From contig JBMNFY010000017.1 in the NCBI GenBank assembly GCA_050949565.1, forward strand, positions 1,184,001-1,248,000: DNA of 64,000 bases, given 5' to 3'. This document shows, in pieces, positions 39,501-48,771 of the stretch. Under the pieces are notes generated by a model, which searched no databases, was not told the DNA's origin, and was given only the letters and a program-made list of their open reading frames with translations. This stretch comes from Kiritimatiellia bacterium (lineage in GTDB: Bacteria > Verrucomicrobiota > Kiritimatiellia > RFP12 > UBA1067). Within the stretch, counting starts at the first letter, position 1. The number at the start of each line of letters is the position of its first letter. The translations under genes and the position numbers were made by a program.

Positions 39501-39535
39501 ACGATTTGAAGGTCATTATGGATGAGGCGGAATGA
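36491..39535 (+). CDS. Sacsin-like GHKL ATPase with C-terminal Zn-binding HNH-like domain
   Basis: FELLQNAEDA, THDG, IGKFGIGFKSVY, TTPSRD; C-terminal CQIC...LALCPLC. Confidence 0.8.
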   Translation: MPTDYDRIREDNIREYGQGTRHLSFLGRLYTDRTHFVFELLQNAEDAGATRILFSLFDDRLEVTHDGRLFNERDVRGVCGVGEGTKTEDLTQIGKFGIGFKSVYAYTATPEVHSGGEGFRIENYVRPYAVTSKPAGNSWTTLFVFPFNTEEIAPETACKEIGDRLRNLSARTLLFLRRINEIEYRLPNSTGGVYLREEIARGPARQVSIIGQNNGKDEEENWLIFERPVPVPGNSDTVRVEVSFRLEAEDKAGKNPERIVKVKDSPLVVYFPTEKATRFGFLIQGPYRTTPSRDNIPKDDDWNETLVKETAELIGDILPEIKDLGLLSVSFLEALPIRTEDFPGDSMFYPIVESVRNTLIKEALLPADDGSFVSAGNAKLARGADLRKLLGQVQLGQLFQSPSTIKWLTGEITQDRTPDLRSYLISELDVEEVTPDGLARRISNAFLSIQPDEWFVDFYGYLSGQEALWRSKGVYGYPAEGPLRRKPIIRCQDGQQRAPFDESGNPIVFLPVESRVEYHVVRKSIYENEKVAEFMQRLGLVAPDICTRVLNDIIPLYQDDSEIEDDAHTDHVSVIAYAMVLEESPHYSKMISALKDTTWALATNAKTGEQFYDKPTHLFLQSPELQTFFEGNVNVWFLAEEVENIDWQKLGVRTGPVINCRGLHTSRNHFVSLCSFHGWHKRGVDGFDPDTSIDELEHALMHISLPKAAYIWNELLPPLIRFLHGRYQRATHQNYDNATTYEEDSKLCQMLKSHAWLPVGVDEFKKPSECTIADLVGELKRNEDLAEVLGVQPDPEKLAQEVLKSEDALKREQAKALGVGPDVLDYIINNPEKIERLMQKDMAARKDRPTFPTRPVANPERRQERLGEQLTDAPDKEYEKRERSVRTTNGAIDPTTWLRNQYTNEADQMICQICKFEMPFRKRDGQHYFEKKEVLSRVFLPKEHEAQYLALCPLCAAKYDEFVKTDDEVMAELREEIVSAEDCEIPISLGDEKTSIRFVETHLHDLKVIMDEAE

Positions 39536-39548
39536 CTCTGGGGGGATC

Positions 39549-40075
39549 ATGAAGTATCCGAAAAAGCACATATCAATTCGCGTGCCTTGGCACGATTCCG
39601 GATGGGATGGTCGAGTCTGTGCCAATCCACGGCTTAACGGGGCTTGCCTCAAGCTCAAACGGATTGGGCAGGAGAGAAACGATATCGCCGAGGAAGCGGT
39701 CGCCGGTCAATCGCTTGCGGACTTGCCTCAAGAAAAATGGCCTTGTTGCGTGGCTGAGCGGGTCGCGTTCATGTCGCCATTCGAATACACGAGGGTCGCC
39801 AACCACCCATACAAGCACACATCCGAGGGGAGTCACGGACACTTCGCTCCTACCGATTTACGCCATCCCGCCTATTCCGCTCCTGCGGTCCCATTCGCTT
39901 GGATGTTGCGGGAATCGATGGATGAGCTCGGCGAAACATATGGTTTGGATGTGCGGCCGCAGCGGGAGCCGGATTTAGAATTCTCCACACAGTGGATACA
40001 AGCCATAGAGAACCAAAAGGCCCTGTCAGATTGTTTTTGCGACCACATCAAGCCAGAAGAATCACTCTGTTTTTT
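39549..40075 (+). pseudogene. N-terminus of a large RecD-like/AAA helicase, truncated by IS66
   Basis: HISIRVPWHDSGWDGRVC..P..NGAC recalled as the N-terminal motif of such proteins; the ORF stops in the IS66 end GTAAGCG. Confidence 0.65.
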
Positions 40076-40375
40076 GTAAGCGTTCACGGGGGGGGAGGGG
40101 TTCCTGCGACAAGTCGGTACTACCGTGCGCCTCGATTAGAACGGGCGTCTTCCCTAACCTCGATCAAGTGCACCGGTTAAGGGTGGCGGTTAAGAAGGCG
40201 ATGAAGTGTCCGCTTAAGAGTAAGAGCACAGACACTTCGCACCTGCACTTCGTCGCAACACTTCAACCCCACTCTTACTCGGTTACGCTTACTCGATCCC
40301 CGCTTGCTCGATCCCGTCTTGTCGCGCTAACGATGCGATCCGCCCGGCGTCCCTGCGGCGGGGGAGCCGGGCGAA

Positions 40376-41770
40376 TTAGCCCGAGGCGGGTAACAGGGAG
40401 GGTGCGGGTTCGTTATGAAAGTAGGCGCGGACGGCTGTGAGGATAAACTCGAAGGCGAAACGCTCCTGAAGTGAACAGGTGCCGACCACCGTCCATAGCC
40501 GTTCGTTGGTTTTTCGTCCTTTTTCGCTGCGCGTACCCTGTGTGATGAGGCGATCAATCACTATAAAACGAACCGCTTGCTCGGCCAAATTATTGGTGGG
40601 GCCGATGCCGGGTGTGGTGATGAACGCGAAGTAGGCTTTTCCGTTTGTGCGAAAGCGTTTGGCCATATTATACCACTGTCCAAAAGTATTTATACTAAAG
40701 GTTTTGGACGAAGCGTTTGCTTGAAGGTGCATCCATCCGGTACCAACCAGGCTCCTGATCATATCGGGCGCGTGGTACATGTCCCTGAGAACTCGGGCGA
40801 CCGCATCGTCCATCGCGGTGATCGTCCCGTGGACCTTGTTCGCGACCCTGTCGCGGACGATTTCCCAGAGCTTCTCAACCGGATTAAGCTCAGGGCTGTA
40901 CGCGGGCAGGGGGAGCAGTCGCACATTCGCCGGGAGCGTTCCGTCACCGGGCCGCTGGTGAAAGCCGGCGTTGTCCCAGATCACCACGTGATGGGCTTCC
41001 GGGTCGCGCTCGGCGATCTGCCGGAGGAACATCAGCGAGAAGCCGAGGTTCACTGACGGCAGGAGCAGGAACTCGCTCTCGCCGCTGACCACGTCGACCG
41101 CGCCGTACGCATACCCCCATTCGTAATCCATCTGCATGCGCTTGACCGTCCTTTGCCCCCGCAGGCTCCAGCACCTGCGGAGCCTGTCGTGCAACCCGTA
41201 CCGCGCCTCGTCCGCGGCCCAAACGCGGACGCGGGCACCCTGCGGAATGTCCAACGCCGCAAGCTTCTCATACAGGTGCGCTTTGAATTCCTCGGCGAGA
41301 GCCTCGTCCTTCTTTGCGTGGACGGGACGCGGCACCTTGTGCGCCCCTCCGAGTTTTCCCAGCCAGTACCTCACCGTGCTGCCGGATCTTTCGATGCCGT
41401 ACTCGTCTCGCAGCCACTCCCTGACCTGCCCGGAGGTGACCCAGGCCCCGTCCGCCAGCCCCTTCGCCAGCGCCGAGGCGATCTCCTCGCTCTTCATCTC
41501 GCTCGGCCGCCCCGGGCGCGCCCCGTCCCCCAGCAGCCCGTCAAGCCCCCCAGAGAAATAGGCGTTGAACCAGTTGATGACCGTCGCGCGAGACCGCATC
41601 ACGATCTCGCCAAGCCGCTGGTAGCTGTAGATGCCCTCCGTCGCGAGCAGCAGCACCTGGGCCTTCTGCCTGTCCTTTGCGCAAGACGCCTCTTTGTAAA
41701 CGCGCTCGAGTTCCTCGCGCGCGGCCGGATCGAGTACGACTTTCACGCATGGCCGTCCTTTTCGTTTCAT
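40376..41770 (-). CDS. IS630 transposase reading through in frame into the C-terminal part of the IS66 transposase
   Basis: HTH region then ADEARYG / WDNAGFH / PAYSPELNPVE (DDE); junction GQWY-NMAKRFR. Confidence 0.88.
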   Translation of the reverse strand: MKRKGRPCVKVVLDPAAREELERVYKEASCAKDRQKAQVLLLATEGIYSYQRLGEIVMRSRATVINWFNAYFSGGLDGLLGDGARPGRPSEMKSEEIASALAKGLADGAWVTSGQVREWLRDEYGIERSGSTVRYWLGKLGGAHKVPRPVHAKKDEALAEEFKAHLYEKLAALDIPQGARVRVWAADEARYGLHDRLRRCWSLRGQRTVKRMQMDYEWGYAYGAVDVVSGESEFLLLPSVNLGFSLMFLRQIAERDPEAHHVVIWDNAGFHQRPGDGTLPANVRLLPLPAYSPELNPVEKLWEIVRDRVANKVHGTITAMDDAVARVLRDMYHAPDMIRSLVGTGWMHLQANASSKTFSINTFGQWYNMAKRFRTNGKAYFAFITTPGIGPTNNLAEQAVRFIVIDRLITQGTRSEKGRKTNERLWTVVGTCSLQERFAFEFILTAVRAYFHNEPAPSLLPASG

Positions 41771-41838
41771 GAGAAAAGTGTCTCAAAAAACCGTCTGACG
41801 TGCAACTATTATAGTATAATTATTTTTCATCGGAGGTA
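40671..41838 (-). mobile_element. IS630-family insertion sequence, 1168 bp
   Basis: Imperfect 27-bp IRs TACCACTGTCCAAAAGTATTTATACTA / TACCTCCGATGAAAAATAATTATACTA; TTA on both flanks; removal restores the IS66 frame AFNMA. Confidence 0.9.
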
Positions 41839-42444
41839 TTAAAGGCTTCGCGCTTCAGTTCTTTGCCGTTTTTGTCGAGGCGTGAGGGAACATCGTTGAG
41901 TGCGGCTTCTATGATGGTTTCGCGAGCACTTTCCAAGGCACGCGTAAAAGCCTCGGAAGAATAACGCTCACGATTATGGATGACCTTGAACATCTCTTTG
42001 ACGGTGGCAAGGAGCTTTTTCCCGTAGGCTTTCGTCTCGGCGTCATGCAACCCGGTCAGATATTTGATGTCGCGGATCAGGTGGGCGATGCAGAACTGCA
42101 CGGTGATGTTGAAGTCGCTCATGTACTTGTGGTAGGCGGAGAAGTAGTCGCAGCCGAGCACGCCGTCGAATTCCTCGCCGAGCACGTCGAGCAGGACCTT
42201 CGAGCCGCGGGTCTTGTCGATCTTGAAGAGCACGTACAGTTCGGCCCGGAACACCCAGGTCCAGAACTTCCCGCCGTTGTCCTTGTGGCCCGTCTCGTCC
42301 ACGTTGATCGCCTGCTCCAGAGGCAGCCGGCCGAGCAGTTCGGCGTAGGGTGCGTCGAGCGCGGCGGAGGCCTTCGCGACGACCTTGCGCAGGTAGCCGC
42401 GGGAGACGCTTTCACCCAGCACGTCGCGCACGAACTTGCGGATC
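41839..42444 (-). pseudogene. IS66 transposase central fragment
   Basis: IRKFVRDVLG...NVDETGH...WTWVF...CDYFSAY; 5' end missing. Confidence 0.85.
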
Positions 42445-44094
42445 GGACCGGATGTCGCGAAGGAGCTTGGATGGAGCATCGGTAACGGCGGGCCGCTCTG
42501 CATGAAGGGATTCCGCGACCCCTATCCGCTTTCCGGCGACTGCTTTCTTGTGGCACGCGGCTACGACCTGCAGCTTGTGGACCGGCAGGGCACATGCGAG
42601 ACCGTCTGGACCGATAAGGTGATGGTGCACGATCCGCGGCCGCTCAAGCCGCGCCCGCGCGAGCCGGTTCTGGCGAGCAAACTCAACCTCTCAAAGGAAA
42701 CAGGCGTGTTCACACTCGCGGATGTCTACCAGAGCCGCAACATGAAAGGAATCCCGCGTGGAAAGATTAAGAAACTGCTGATCATGGAGGACCTGCCGAA
42801 AAGCGCGAGCCGCCACGGACCGCGCGGCGCACACGGGGGACACATTTCGCTGCACCGCATCATCGGAGAGGTGCCGGTTGAAGCGGACGGCAGCGCCTGC
42901 TTCGAGGCACCCGCGTTGCGTGCGTTGATGTTTGCCGCCCTCGATGAAAAGGGGATCGCCGTCAAACGCATGCAGAACTTCACGCAGGTGATGCCGGGAG
43001 AGGTCCAGGGCTGCGTAGGCTGCCACGAGAAGCGCACCGAAAATTCCAACCACGAGGTGTTGAATCGTCCGGGGACGTTGCTCGCAACCATGCGCGCGCC
43101 ATCCAGACCGCGCAAGCCGGAGGGCGTGCCCGACGTGTTTGTGTACCGCCGCGACATCCAGCCGATCCTCGACCGCCACTGCGCCTCGTGCCACTCTACC
43201 GAAAAAGCGACGGCCCGCGTGATCCTCTCCGCCGACCTCTCTGAATGGCGTTCGCTCAGCTATGACATGCTCTATGCGTTCGACCAAATCAGCCGTGCGA
43301 CAAGTTGGAAAGAAAACGGCAATAACGGCAGCTACGAATTCGGTACGGGGGCCTCGCCGCTCATGAACAAGCTCGATGGCTCGCATCACGGCGTAAAGGT
43401 GACGGTGCAGGAGTGGGACATGATGCGTCTGTGGGTTGAATCGAGCGCGCACTACACAGGCACGTACGCCACGCACAACCACTTCGAGAGCCAGATCGGC
43501 GCGCGGCGGAACAAGCAGCTCATTGAAAACGGAAACGTGGGCGGCGACTGGTGGTTCACCTCCTTCGATAAGCCGCGGCTGGCCGAACCGCTGGAGGAGA
43601 TCGCGAAGCGGAAGTGCTACACCTGCCACGGGAACATGTACAAGCTCGGACGCCTACGCCGCGAACAGCGGGACTGTAACAGGTGGACGAACGGTTGTCC
43701 CCCGGACTGGCTCAACAGCCCGAACTACTCCTACACGCTTTTCAACATGACGCACCCCGAGAAGTCTCCGTTCCTCGCGGCGGCGATGCCGCGCGAGTTG
43801 GGCGGTTACGGGTGGTGTACGAACGCGCTCGGTAAAACCGCGCACGCCTTCACGGGCAAAGACGATCCCGACTATGTGGCCGTACTGAAGTTGATCGCCG
43901 AGGCCGACGCGCGCCAGCGCGAGTTAGGCCGTCTGGAGTATCCCGGCTACCGTCCGAAGCCCTACTACGTGTACTGGATGAAACGCTTCGGCATCTTGCC
44001 GCCCGAGACGGATCTCAACACAGGCCCCATCGACTATTTCAAGGCCGACGAGGAGTATTGGCAGTCGCTCTGGTGGAAACCGGCATCAAACTGA
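42441..44094 (+). pseudogene. HzsA-related multiheme protein (hydrazine synthase alpha middle-domain-like), N-terminally truncated
   Basis: FRDPYPLS, GEVPVEADGSACF, ALDEKG.AV, MPGE..GCVGCHE, DIQPILDRHCASCH, CYTCH; no signal peptide or RBS; abuts the IS66 fragment. Confidence 0.72.
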
Positions 44095-44116
44095 AAACCC
44101 GCCACCAACCACTTTT

Positions 44117-44210
44117 CCGCGCAACGCGCGGGTTTAGGATTTAGGATTTGGGATTTTTATCTGAGCGTTGAGAGTTGAATGTTTTCGCTATTCGTTGTCA
44201 TTCGTTATTC
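44117..44210 (+). repeat. CCGCGC hairpin + (TTTAGGA)n and further short arrays
   Basis: CCGCGCAACGCGCGG-GTTTAGGATTTAGGATTTGGGATTT; GCGTTGAGAGTTGAATGTT; ATTCGTT twice. Confidence 0.7.
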
Positions 44211-44281
44211 TCTCTCGCGTGGACGCCTCAAATATGGTTCAATAGGCCACATCATAAACGTCGGAGGAGGAGCGATATCGT

Positions 44282-44665
44282 ATGGCCAGCAACACATATG
44301 AAATGACCGGATCGGTCAAAACCATTTTCGAGCCCATGACTTTCCCCAGCGGTTTTTCAAAGCGTGAATTCCTGTTGACGATGGAGGATGACTATCCCCA
44401 AGACGTCAAGTTCACTTGCATCAAGGAGCGCGCCGCGCAACTGGACAATGTAACACCGGGTGAGCGCGTCAGCGTCTCTTTCCGCATACGCTGTCGTGAA
44501 TGGCAGGGTAAGTATTTCATCGATCTGGAAGCCTTCCGCATCAACAAGAAGGAGGGCGACGGTACGATGATCGAATACGAGAATAGTGGCGGTGGATTCG
44601 AGGACAGCGGCTTCGAAAGCGGCGGACTCGAACCGATCGACGATGACCCTCCGCTACCATTCTAA
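44282..44665 (+). CDS. DUF3127 family protein (SSB-like OB fold with acidic tail)
   Basis: GFSKREF, YPQDVKF, REWQGKYF, C-terminal DDDPPLPF. Confidence 0.88.
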   Translation: MASNTYEMTGSVKTIFEPMTFPSGFSKREFLLTMEDDYPQDVKFTCIKERAAQLDNVTPGERVSVSFRIRCREWQGKYFIDLEAFRINKKEGDGTMIEYENSGGGFEDSGFESGGLEPIDDDPPLPF

Positions 44666-44677
44666 GCCGGGGATTGA

Positions 44678-45547
44678 ATGAGCGAGACGCCCAAAACATT
44701 GCGTGAATTGATCGTTCTGGGCGAAGCGTATCTGCGCGGACGCGCGGTTGCCGATCCCCGTACGGTGTGCGAATTGCTGGCGGCACGCCTCTTCAACTGC
44801 GGGCGGCTGGGTCTGCATCCGCATCTCGACGTGGTCCCGCAGACGCGCATCGTGGATGCGCTGCGCCGCGGATTGCTCCGCGTGGCTGGCGGTGAGCCGG
44901 TGCAGTATGTGCTGGGACGGTGGGATTTCCGCGACCTGACATTGAAGGTCGACCGGCGCGCCTTGATCCCGCGCCCTGAAACCGAGCAACTGGTGGATCT
45001 CGTTCTGGCCTCGCGGCAGATCAAAGAGACCCCGAAACCGCTGGTGGTGGATGTCGGCACTGGCAGCGGCTGTATCATCCTCAGTTTGGCCCATGCGTTG
45101 CGCAACGGCGTATTCGTGGGGCTGGACATCAGCGCCGAGGCGATCGAACTGGCACAAGAAAACGCCGCCCTGACCGGACTTGCGGAGCGCGTGCTGTTCG
45201 CCGAGAGCGACGGCTGCGGCGAGTTTGACCCGGCCAGTGTCGATGTCCTGGTATCAAATCCGCCCTATATCCCGTCGCGAACCGTCGACGGCTTGGAGCG
45301 CCATATCCGCGACCATGAACCGCGCTTGGCGCTGGATGGCGGGCCGGACGGACTGTGCGTTTACCGTGCCCTGTTGCTAGATGCGGTCATGGTGCTGAAA
45401 GCCGGCGGCGGCGTGTTTTTCGAGATCGGCGATGATCAGGGCCCGGCACTGCGCGAGTTGCTGGACGCGCACGGCTTTTCCGAAGTGACCATCCATAAGG
45501 ACTACGCGGGCCGTGACCGTTTCGCGACCGGCGTTCTGAATGAGTGA
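44678..45547 (+). CDS. prmC: Release factor glutamine methyltransferase
   Basis: GEPVQY, LIPRPETE, DVGTGSG, SNPPYI, ALDGGPDGL. Confidence 0.95.
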   Translation: MSETPKTLRELIVLGEAYLRGRAVADPRTVCELLAARLFNCGRLGLHPHLDVVPQTRIVDALRRGLLRVAGGEPVQYVLGRWDFRDLTLKVDRRALIPRPETEQLVDLVLASRQIKETPKPLVVDVGTGSGCIILSLAHALRNGVFVGLDISAEAIELAQENAALTGLAERVLFAESDGCGEFDPASVDVLVSNPPYIPSRTVDGLERHIRDHEPRLALDGGPDGLCVYRALLLDAVMVLKAGGGVFFEIGDDQGPALRELLDAHGFSEVTIHKDYAGRDRFATGVLNE

Positions 45548-45553
45548 GCGCGC

Positions 45554-45668
45554 CCGCGCGGCTGTGCAGCCGCGCGGAGTTAGCATTTAGGATTTAGGAG
45601 TTAGGATTTAGGAGTTTTCCGCGCATAGGCGCGGAGGTTTTTCATGAAGTTTCATGTGTTTCATGGTT
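45554..45668 (+). repeat. GC hairpins + (TTTAGGA)n + TTTCATG arrays between convergent genes
   Basis: CCGCGCGGCTG-TG-CAGCCGCGCGG-AGTTAGCA-TTTAGGATTTAGGAGTTAGGATTTAGGAGTTTT-CCGCGCATAGGCGCGG. Confidence 0.75.
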
Positions 45669-45713
45669 CCATCCAAATCGGGATCGCCGCCGGGATCGAT
45701 CACTTAACCGCCA

Positions 45714-47168
45714 CTACAACTTAAGGTCTGCGAAGGCGTCGCCGAGCGAGCCGAAGCCGCCCGAGACCTTGTTCTTATTGGCGGAGCGCCAAGCCGCGAC
45801 TTCATCTTCCTCTGTCTCACCGCCGCTGCCGCCCGTCTCCCATTTGCTCGGCAACGTGAGCGAAATGCGGTCGCCTTCGACCGACTTGACCACCACCTCG
45901 ATTTTGCTCGACGGCGGGAAGTTGCGTTCCAGCTTCGCGGCCGGATTGCCGCCTTTGGGGATGTCGGTTTCGCTGATGTGCAACAAACCGGTCTTTTCTT
46001 CCGAAAGGCGCACGAAAATCCCGAAGGGCTGGATCGATTCGACGATCCCTTCGACCTTCGCGCCCTCACTCAACTCGCCGGGCTGCAGCGCCTTGACGCG
46101 CTCATCCACCGGCCGCAGACTGAACCGGCGGCGCTCAAGGTCTACGCTGTCGACCTGCAACAGGAGTTCCTGACCCTCGGTCACGACTTCGCGCGCGGAC
46201 ATCAAACGGCGCCCACCGCCCAGTTTGCTGATTGGGATCAATCCCTCGACACCAGGAACAAGCTGCGCGAACGCACCGAAGCGCTCGATCTTGGTGATCG
46301 TGCCGATGAAGGTCGCACCCTGCGGGAAACGCGCCATCGCGTCGTCCCACGGGTCGCCCTGTGCGCCGCGCAGGCTGAGCGAAATGCGGTTGCGCTCCCA
46401 GTCCAGCTCTTTGATCTGCACATCGACCTTGTCGCCGACCTTGACCACGTCCTCCGGCTTCACATCGCGTCCCCAGGCGATCTCCTTGAGCGGGATCAAA
46501 CCCTCCGCGCCGCCGAGTTCGACGAACACACCGAAATCCACGATGCGCGTCACCGTGCCGGTGACGATCATGCCGACATACAAATCTTCCTTCAGCTCTT
46601 CGCGCTGCGCCTCGCGCTCCTTCTCCAACAGGGCGCGGCGGCTGACGATCACGTTTGAGCCGCGCTCGTCGTCGCCATACTCGGTGATCAGAAAGTTAAA
46701 GGTGTGCCCGATGTACTCGGCGTCGTCTTGACGGAAAAGGTTGATCTGCGAGAAGGGACAGAAGGCGCGTTTACCGGCAACCGTCACCTCATAGCCGCCG
46801 TTGATCTCTTTCTCGACGCGTCCTTCAATCGGCATCTGGCGCTGGTAGGCGTCCGCCAGCGAGCGATCGACCACCTGCTTGGCGTCCATGCTGCCGGAAA
46901 AGAGGAACGCACCGTTCTGCATGCCGGCGAAGATCACCTCGACCGTATCGCCAATCGCGCAGCGCAACGTCCCGTCCTCTTGGGTCATGTCCGCGAGCGG
47001 CACCAGTCCCTCACGCTTCGCATTGACATCCAACGTCACATACTGGGTATTGATATTGCTGACCGTTCCGCGCACTCGCTCTCCCGGGTCGAACCCTTTA
47101 CGGTAGTTGCTCAACTGCGCGTCCAGCAATGACTCAAAATCTGCCATCGATACTTTTTTATCGCTCAT
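45714..47168 (-). CDS. 30S ribosomal protein S1-like multi-S1-domain protein
   Basis: About five S1 repeats (DFGVFVELGG.EGL, RFGAFAQL, PFGIFVRL..GLLHISE); RAFCPFSQI; tail GFGSLGDAF. Confidence 0.85.
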   Translation of the reverse strand: MSDKKVSMADFESLLDAQLSNYRKGFDPGERVRGTVSNINTQYVTLDVNAKREGLVPLADMTQEDGTLRCAIGDTVEVIFAGMQNGAFLFSGSMDAKQVVDRSLADAYQRQMPIEGRVEKEINGGYEVTVAGKRAFCPFSQINLFRQDDAEYIGHTFNFLITEYGDDERGSNVIVSRRALLEKEREAQREELKEDLYVGMIVTGTVTRIVDFGVFVELGGAEGLIPLKEIAWGRDVKPEDVVKVGDKVDVQIKELDWERNRISLSLRGAQGDPWDDAMARFPQGATFIGTITKIERFGAFAQLVPGVEGLIPISKLGGGRRLMSAREVVTEGQELLLQVDSVDLERRRFSLRPVDERVKALQPGELSEGAKVEGIVESIQPFGIFVRLSEEKTGLLHISETDIPKGGNPAAKLERNFPPSSKIEVVVKSVEGDRISLTLPSKWETGGSGGETEEDEVAAWRSANKNKVSGGFGSLGDAFADLKL

Positions 47169-47331
47169 CTCTTGCTCCGAATAAGGCGTATAGGATACGC
47201 CATTCTGCCTCTCAGATGCAATCAGAACTACTCTTCCTTTCAGGCTTGTCACAGAAATCGGTATCGGAGATACTACTGGTGTTGGCGACGAACAATGGCA
47301 GTTAGGAAATTCGCACAAGGAGGCCGTTATC

Positions 47332-48744
47332 GTGTTCAGAACAAAATGTGTCGTTGTGCTTTTGGTTGTCTCCTCTTCAGCACTCTGCAGCGTAGCCCGC
47401 GCGGGTCTACTCGGCTATTGGCCGCTGGATGAAACCTCCGGTACGGTCGCGACCAATCTGGTGCCCGGCGGAACAAATGGAATATTGGTGGGGACCGGCA
47501 TCACTTGGATGAACGACCCTGAGCGCGGCCAGGTGCTGAGCTTCGGCGCGGCGGGCATCACGAATTATGTCGATGCGGGCGTCTTGCCGCCGATCGGCAA
47601 CACCACCGACTTCACCTGGAGTTTTTGGGCGTATCATCAGGATGCGGCGAACAACGATGTGATCCTAGGCAACCGCTATAACTCTGACTCTCAAGCCGGA
47701 AGCCAGTGGATCAAGTTCACGCCCACCAAATTCGAGTGCAACATCGACCCCTCGCCCCACTTGGACTACGCGGACCTCCCTAGGGACCAATGGATCCATC
47801 ATGCCGTCGTTAAACGGGCAGTAGACCGCTCACTCACCTACTATCGTAACGGCGTGGCCGTCATAACGACCAATGTCACCTTTACCAGCACGGCGACCGG
47901 GCGCCCCTTCTACATGGGCGGAGATAAGTTTGCCGAGTGGTGGATGGGACGGCTCGATGATGTGGCCATCTGGGACAGCGCCCTGCCTGCGGAGTCAATC
48001 GCAGGATTGGCGGATGGCACGCTTACACCGCTCACCGCACCGTTCTACCTTAAGGTTGGCGTGTTCGATCTAGCCGACGCCGTCGGTGGCGGTGACGGCA
48101 CTCTGCCCGGCCTGGGCGGCGCAGGCAATCTGGGCGTCACCATGGGGGTTTACAAAACCTTCCCGAACAATCGATTTGTTGATGGCGTCTTCGCGCCGAA
48201 CACGAACGATGTCGCCTGTGTTATCGACGGCGCGGGCCGCACATACGACTTCAATGACCAGAACAGCACCGGCGGCGCGGGGTTACCGTGGTGTAACGGG
48301 CTGAATATGGATACCGACCCCTCGGTGGCGGGCGGACTGCTGCCGGATTTCAACGGCGACCCCGATAACCATTCGCTGCTCTCCGGACACGCCAGCAAGG
48401 GAATCACCTTTGACCTGGAGGCGGTCCGTGCGGCAACCGGTCTGTATATCGAATCGTTCACCGCCACGATCGGCGATTCGCGGCCCAAGACTGGCGGTTC
48501 CATCAGTTACTATGTCTTTGTTGACGGCATATTGGTGACCAACCGCTTCAACGTTCGTGACAGCGAAGATTTCATAACCGTCACCGAAGTGTCGACCGGA
48601 CGCTATCTCTCAATCGCCATCACCGACGCCAACGATGACCCCTTCTGCGACCACGGCTATCTCGGCGATCCGTTCCTGCACTTGACGCTACCGCCGCCCC
48701 CCTCTCCGGTACACCCAAAAGGCACTATGTTCCTTCTCCGTTAA
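47332..48744 (+). CDS. Secreted LamG/concanavalin-A-like domain protein with C-terminal Pro linker and PKGTMFLLR tail
   Basis: Signal peptide; GLLGYWPLDE, WIHHAVV, YRNG, GRLDDVAIWDSAL; AAGGAGG RBS. Confidence 0.8.
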   Translation: MFRTKCVVVLLVVSSSALCSVARAGLLGYWPLDETSGTVATNLVPGGTNGILVGTGITWMNDPERGQVLSFGAAGITNYVDAGVLPPIGNTTDFTWSFWAYHQDAANNDVILGNRYNSDSQAGSQWIKFTPTKFECNIDPSPHLDYADLPRDQWIHHAVVKRAVDRSLTYYRNGVAVITTNVTFTSTATGRPFYMGGDKFAEWWMGRLDDVAIWDSALPAESIAGLADGTLTPLTAPFYLKVGVFDLADAVGGGDGTLPGLGGAGNLGVTMGVYKTFPNNRFVDGVFAPNTNDVACVIDGAGRTYDFNDQNSTGGAGLPWCNGLNMDTDPSVAGGLLPDFNGDPDNHSLLSGHASKGITFDLEAVRAATGLYIESFTATIGDSRPKTGGSISYYVFVDGILVTNRFNVRDSEDFITVTEVSTGRYLSIAITDANDDPFCDHGYLGDPFLHLTLPPPPSPVHPKGTMFLLR

Positions 48745-48771
48745 GACACCCCCTATTATCTCCATTTCACT

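Larger units (their letters stand above)
40076..42444 (-). mobile_element. IS66-family element remnant (single-transposase type), left part missing, interrupted by IS630
   Basis: Terminal GTAAGCGTTCACGGGG at 40076; transposase motifs DETG, CDYFSAY, QFCIAHLIRD, PTNNLAEQAVR, GTRSEKG, PSLLP. Confidence 0.85.

Noticed and set aside
40076-40292. 217-bp IS66-derived MITE bounded by GTAAGCGT inverted copies
   Set aside because: Only 8 bp match, no 8-bp target duplication, and the second copy lies in a low-complexity CTTACT array
42441-44094. Anammox hydrazine synthase
   Set aside because: HzsA-like domains are widespread in non-anammox PVC bacteria; no hzsB/hzsC and the gene is truncated
44678-45547. 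Second DNA methyltransferase (NPPY motif)
   Set aside because: LIPRPETE and overall layout identify PrmC/HemK, a protein methyltransferase
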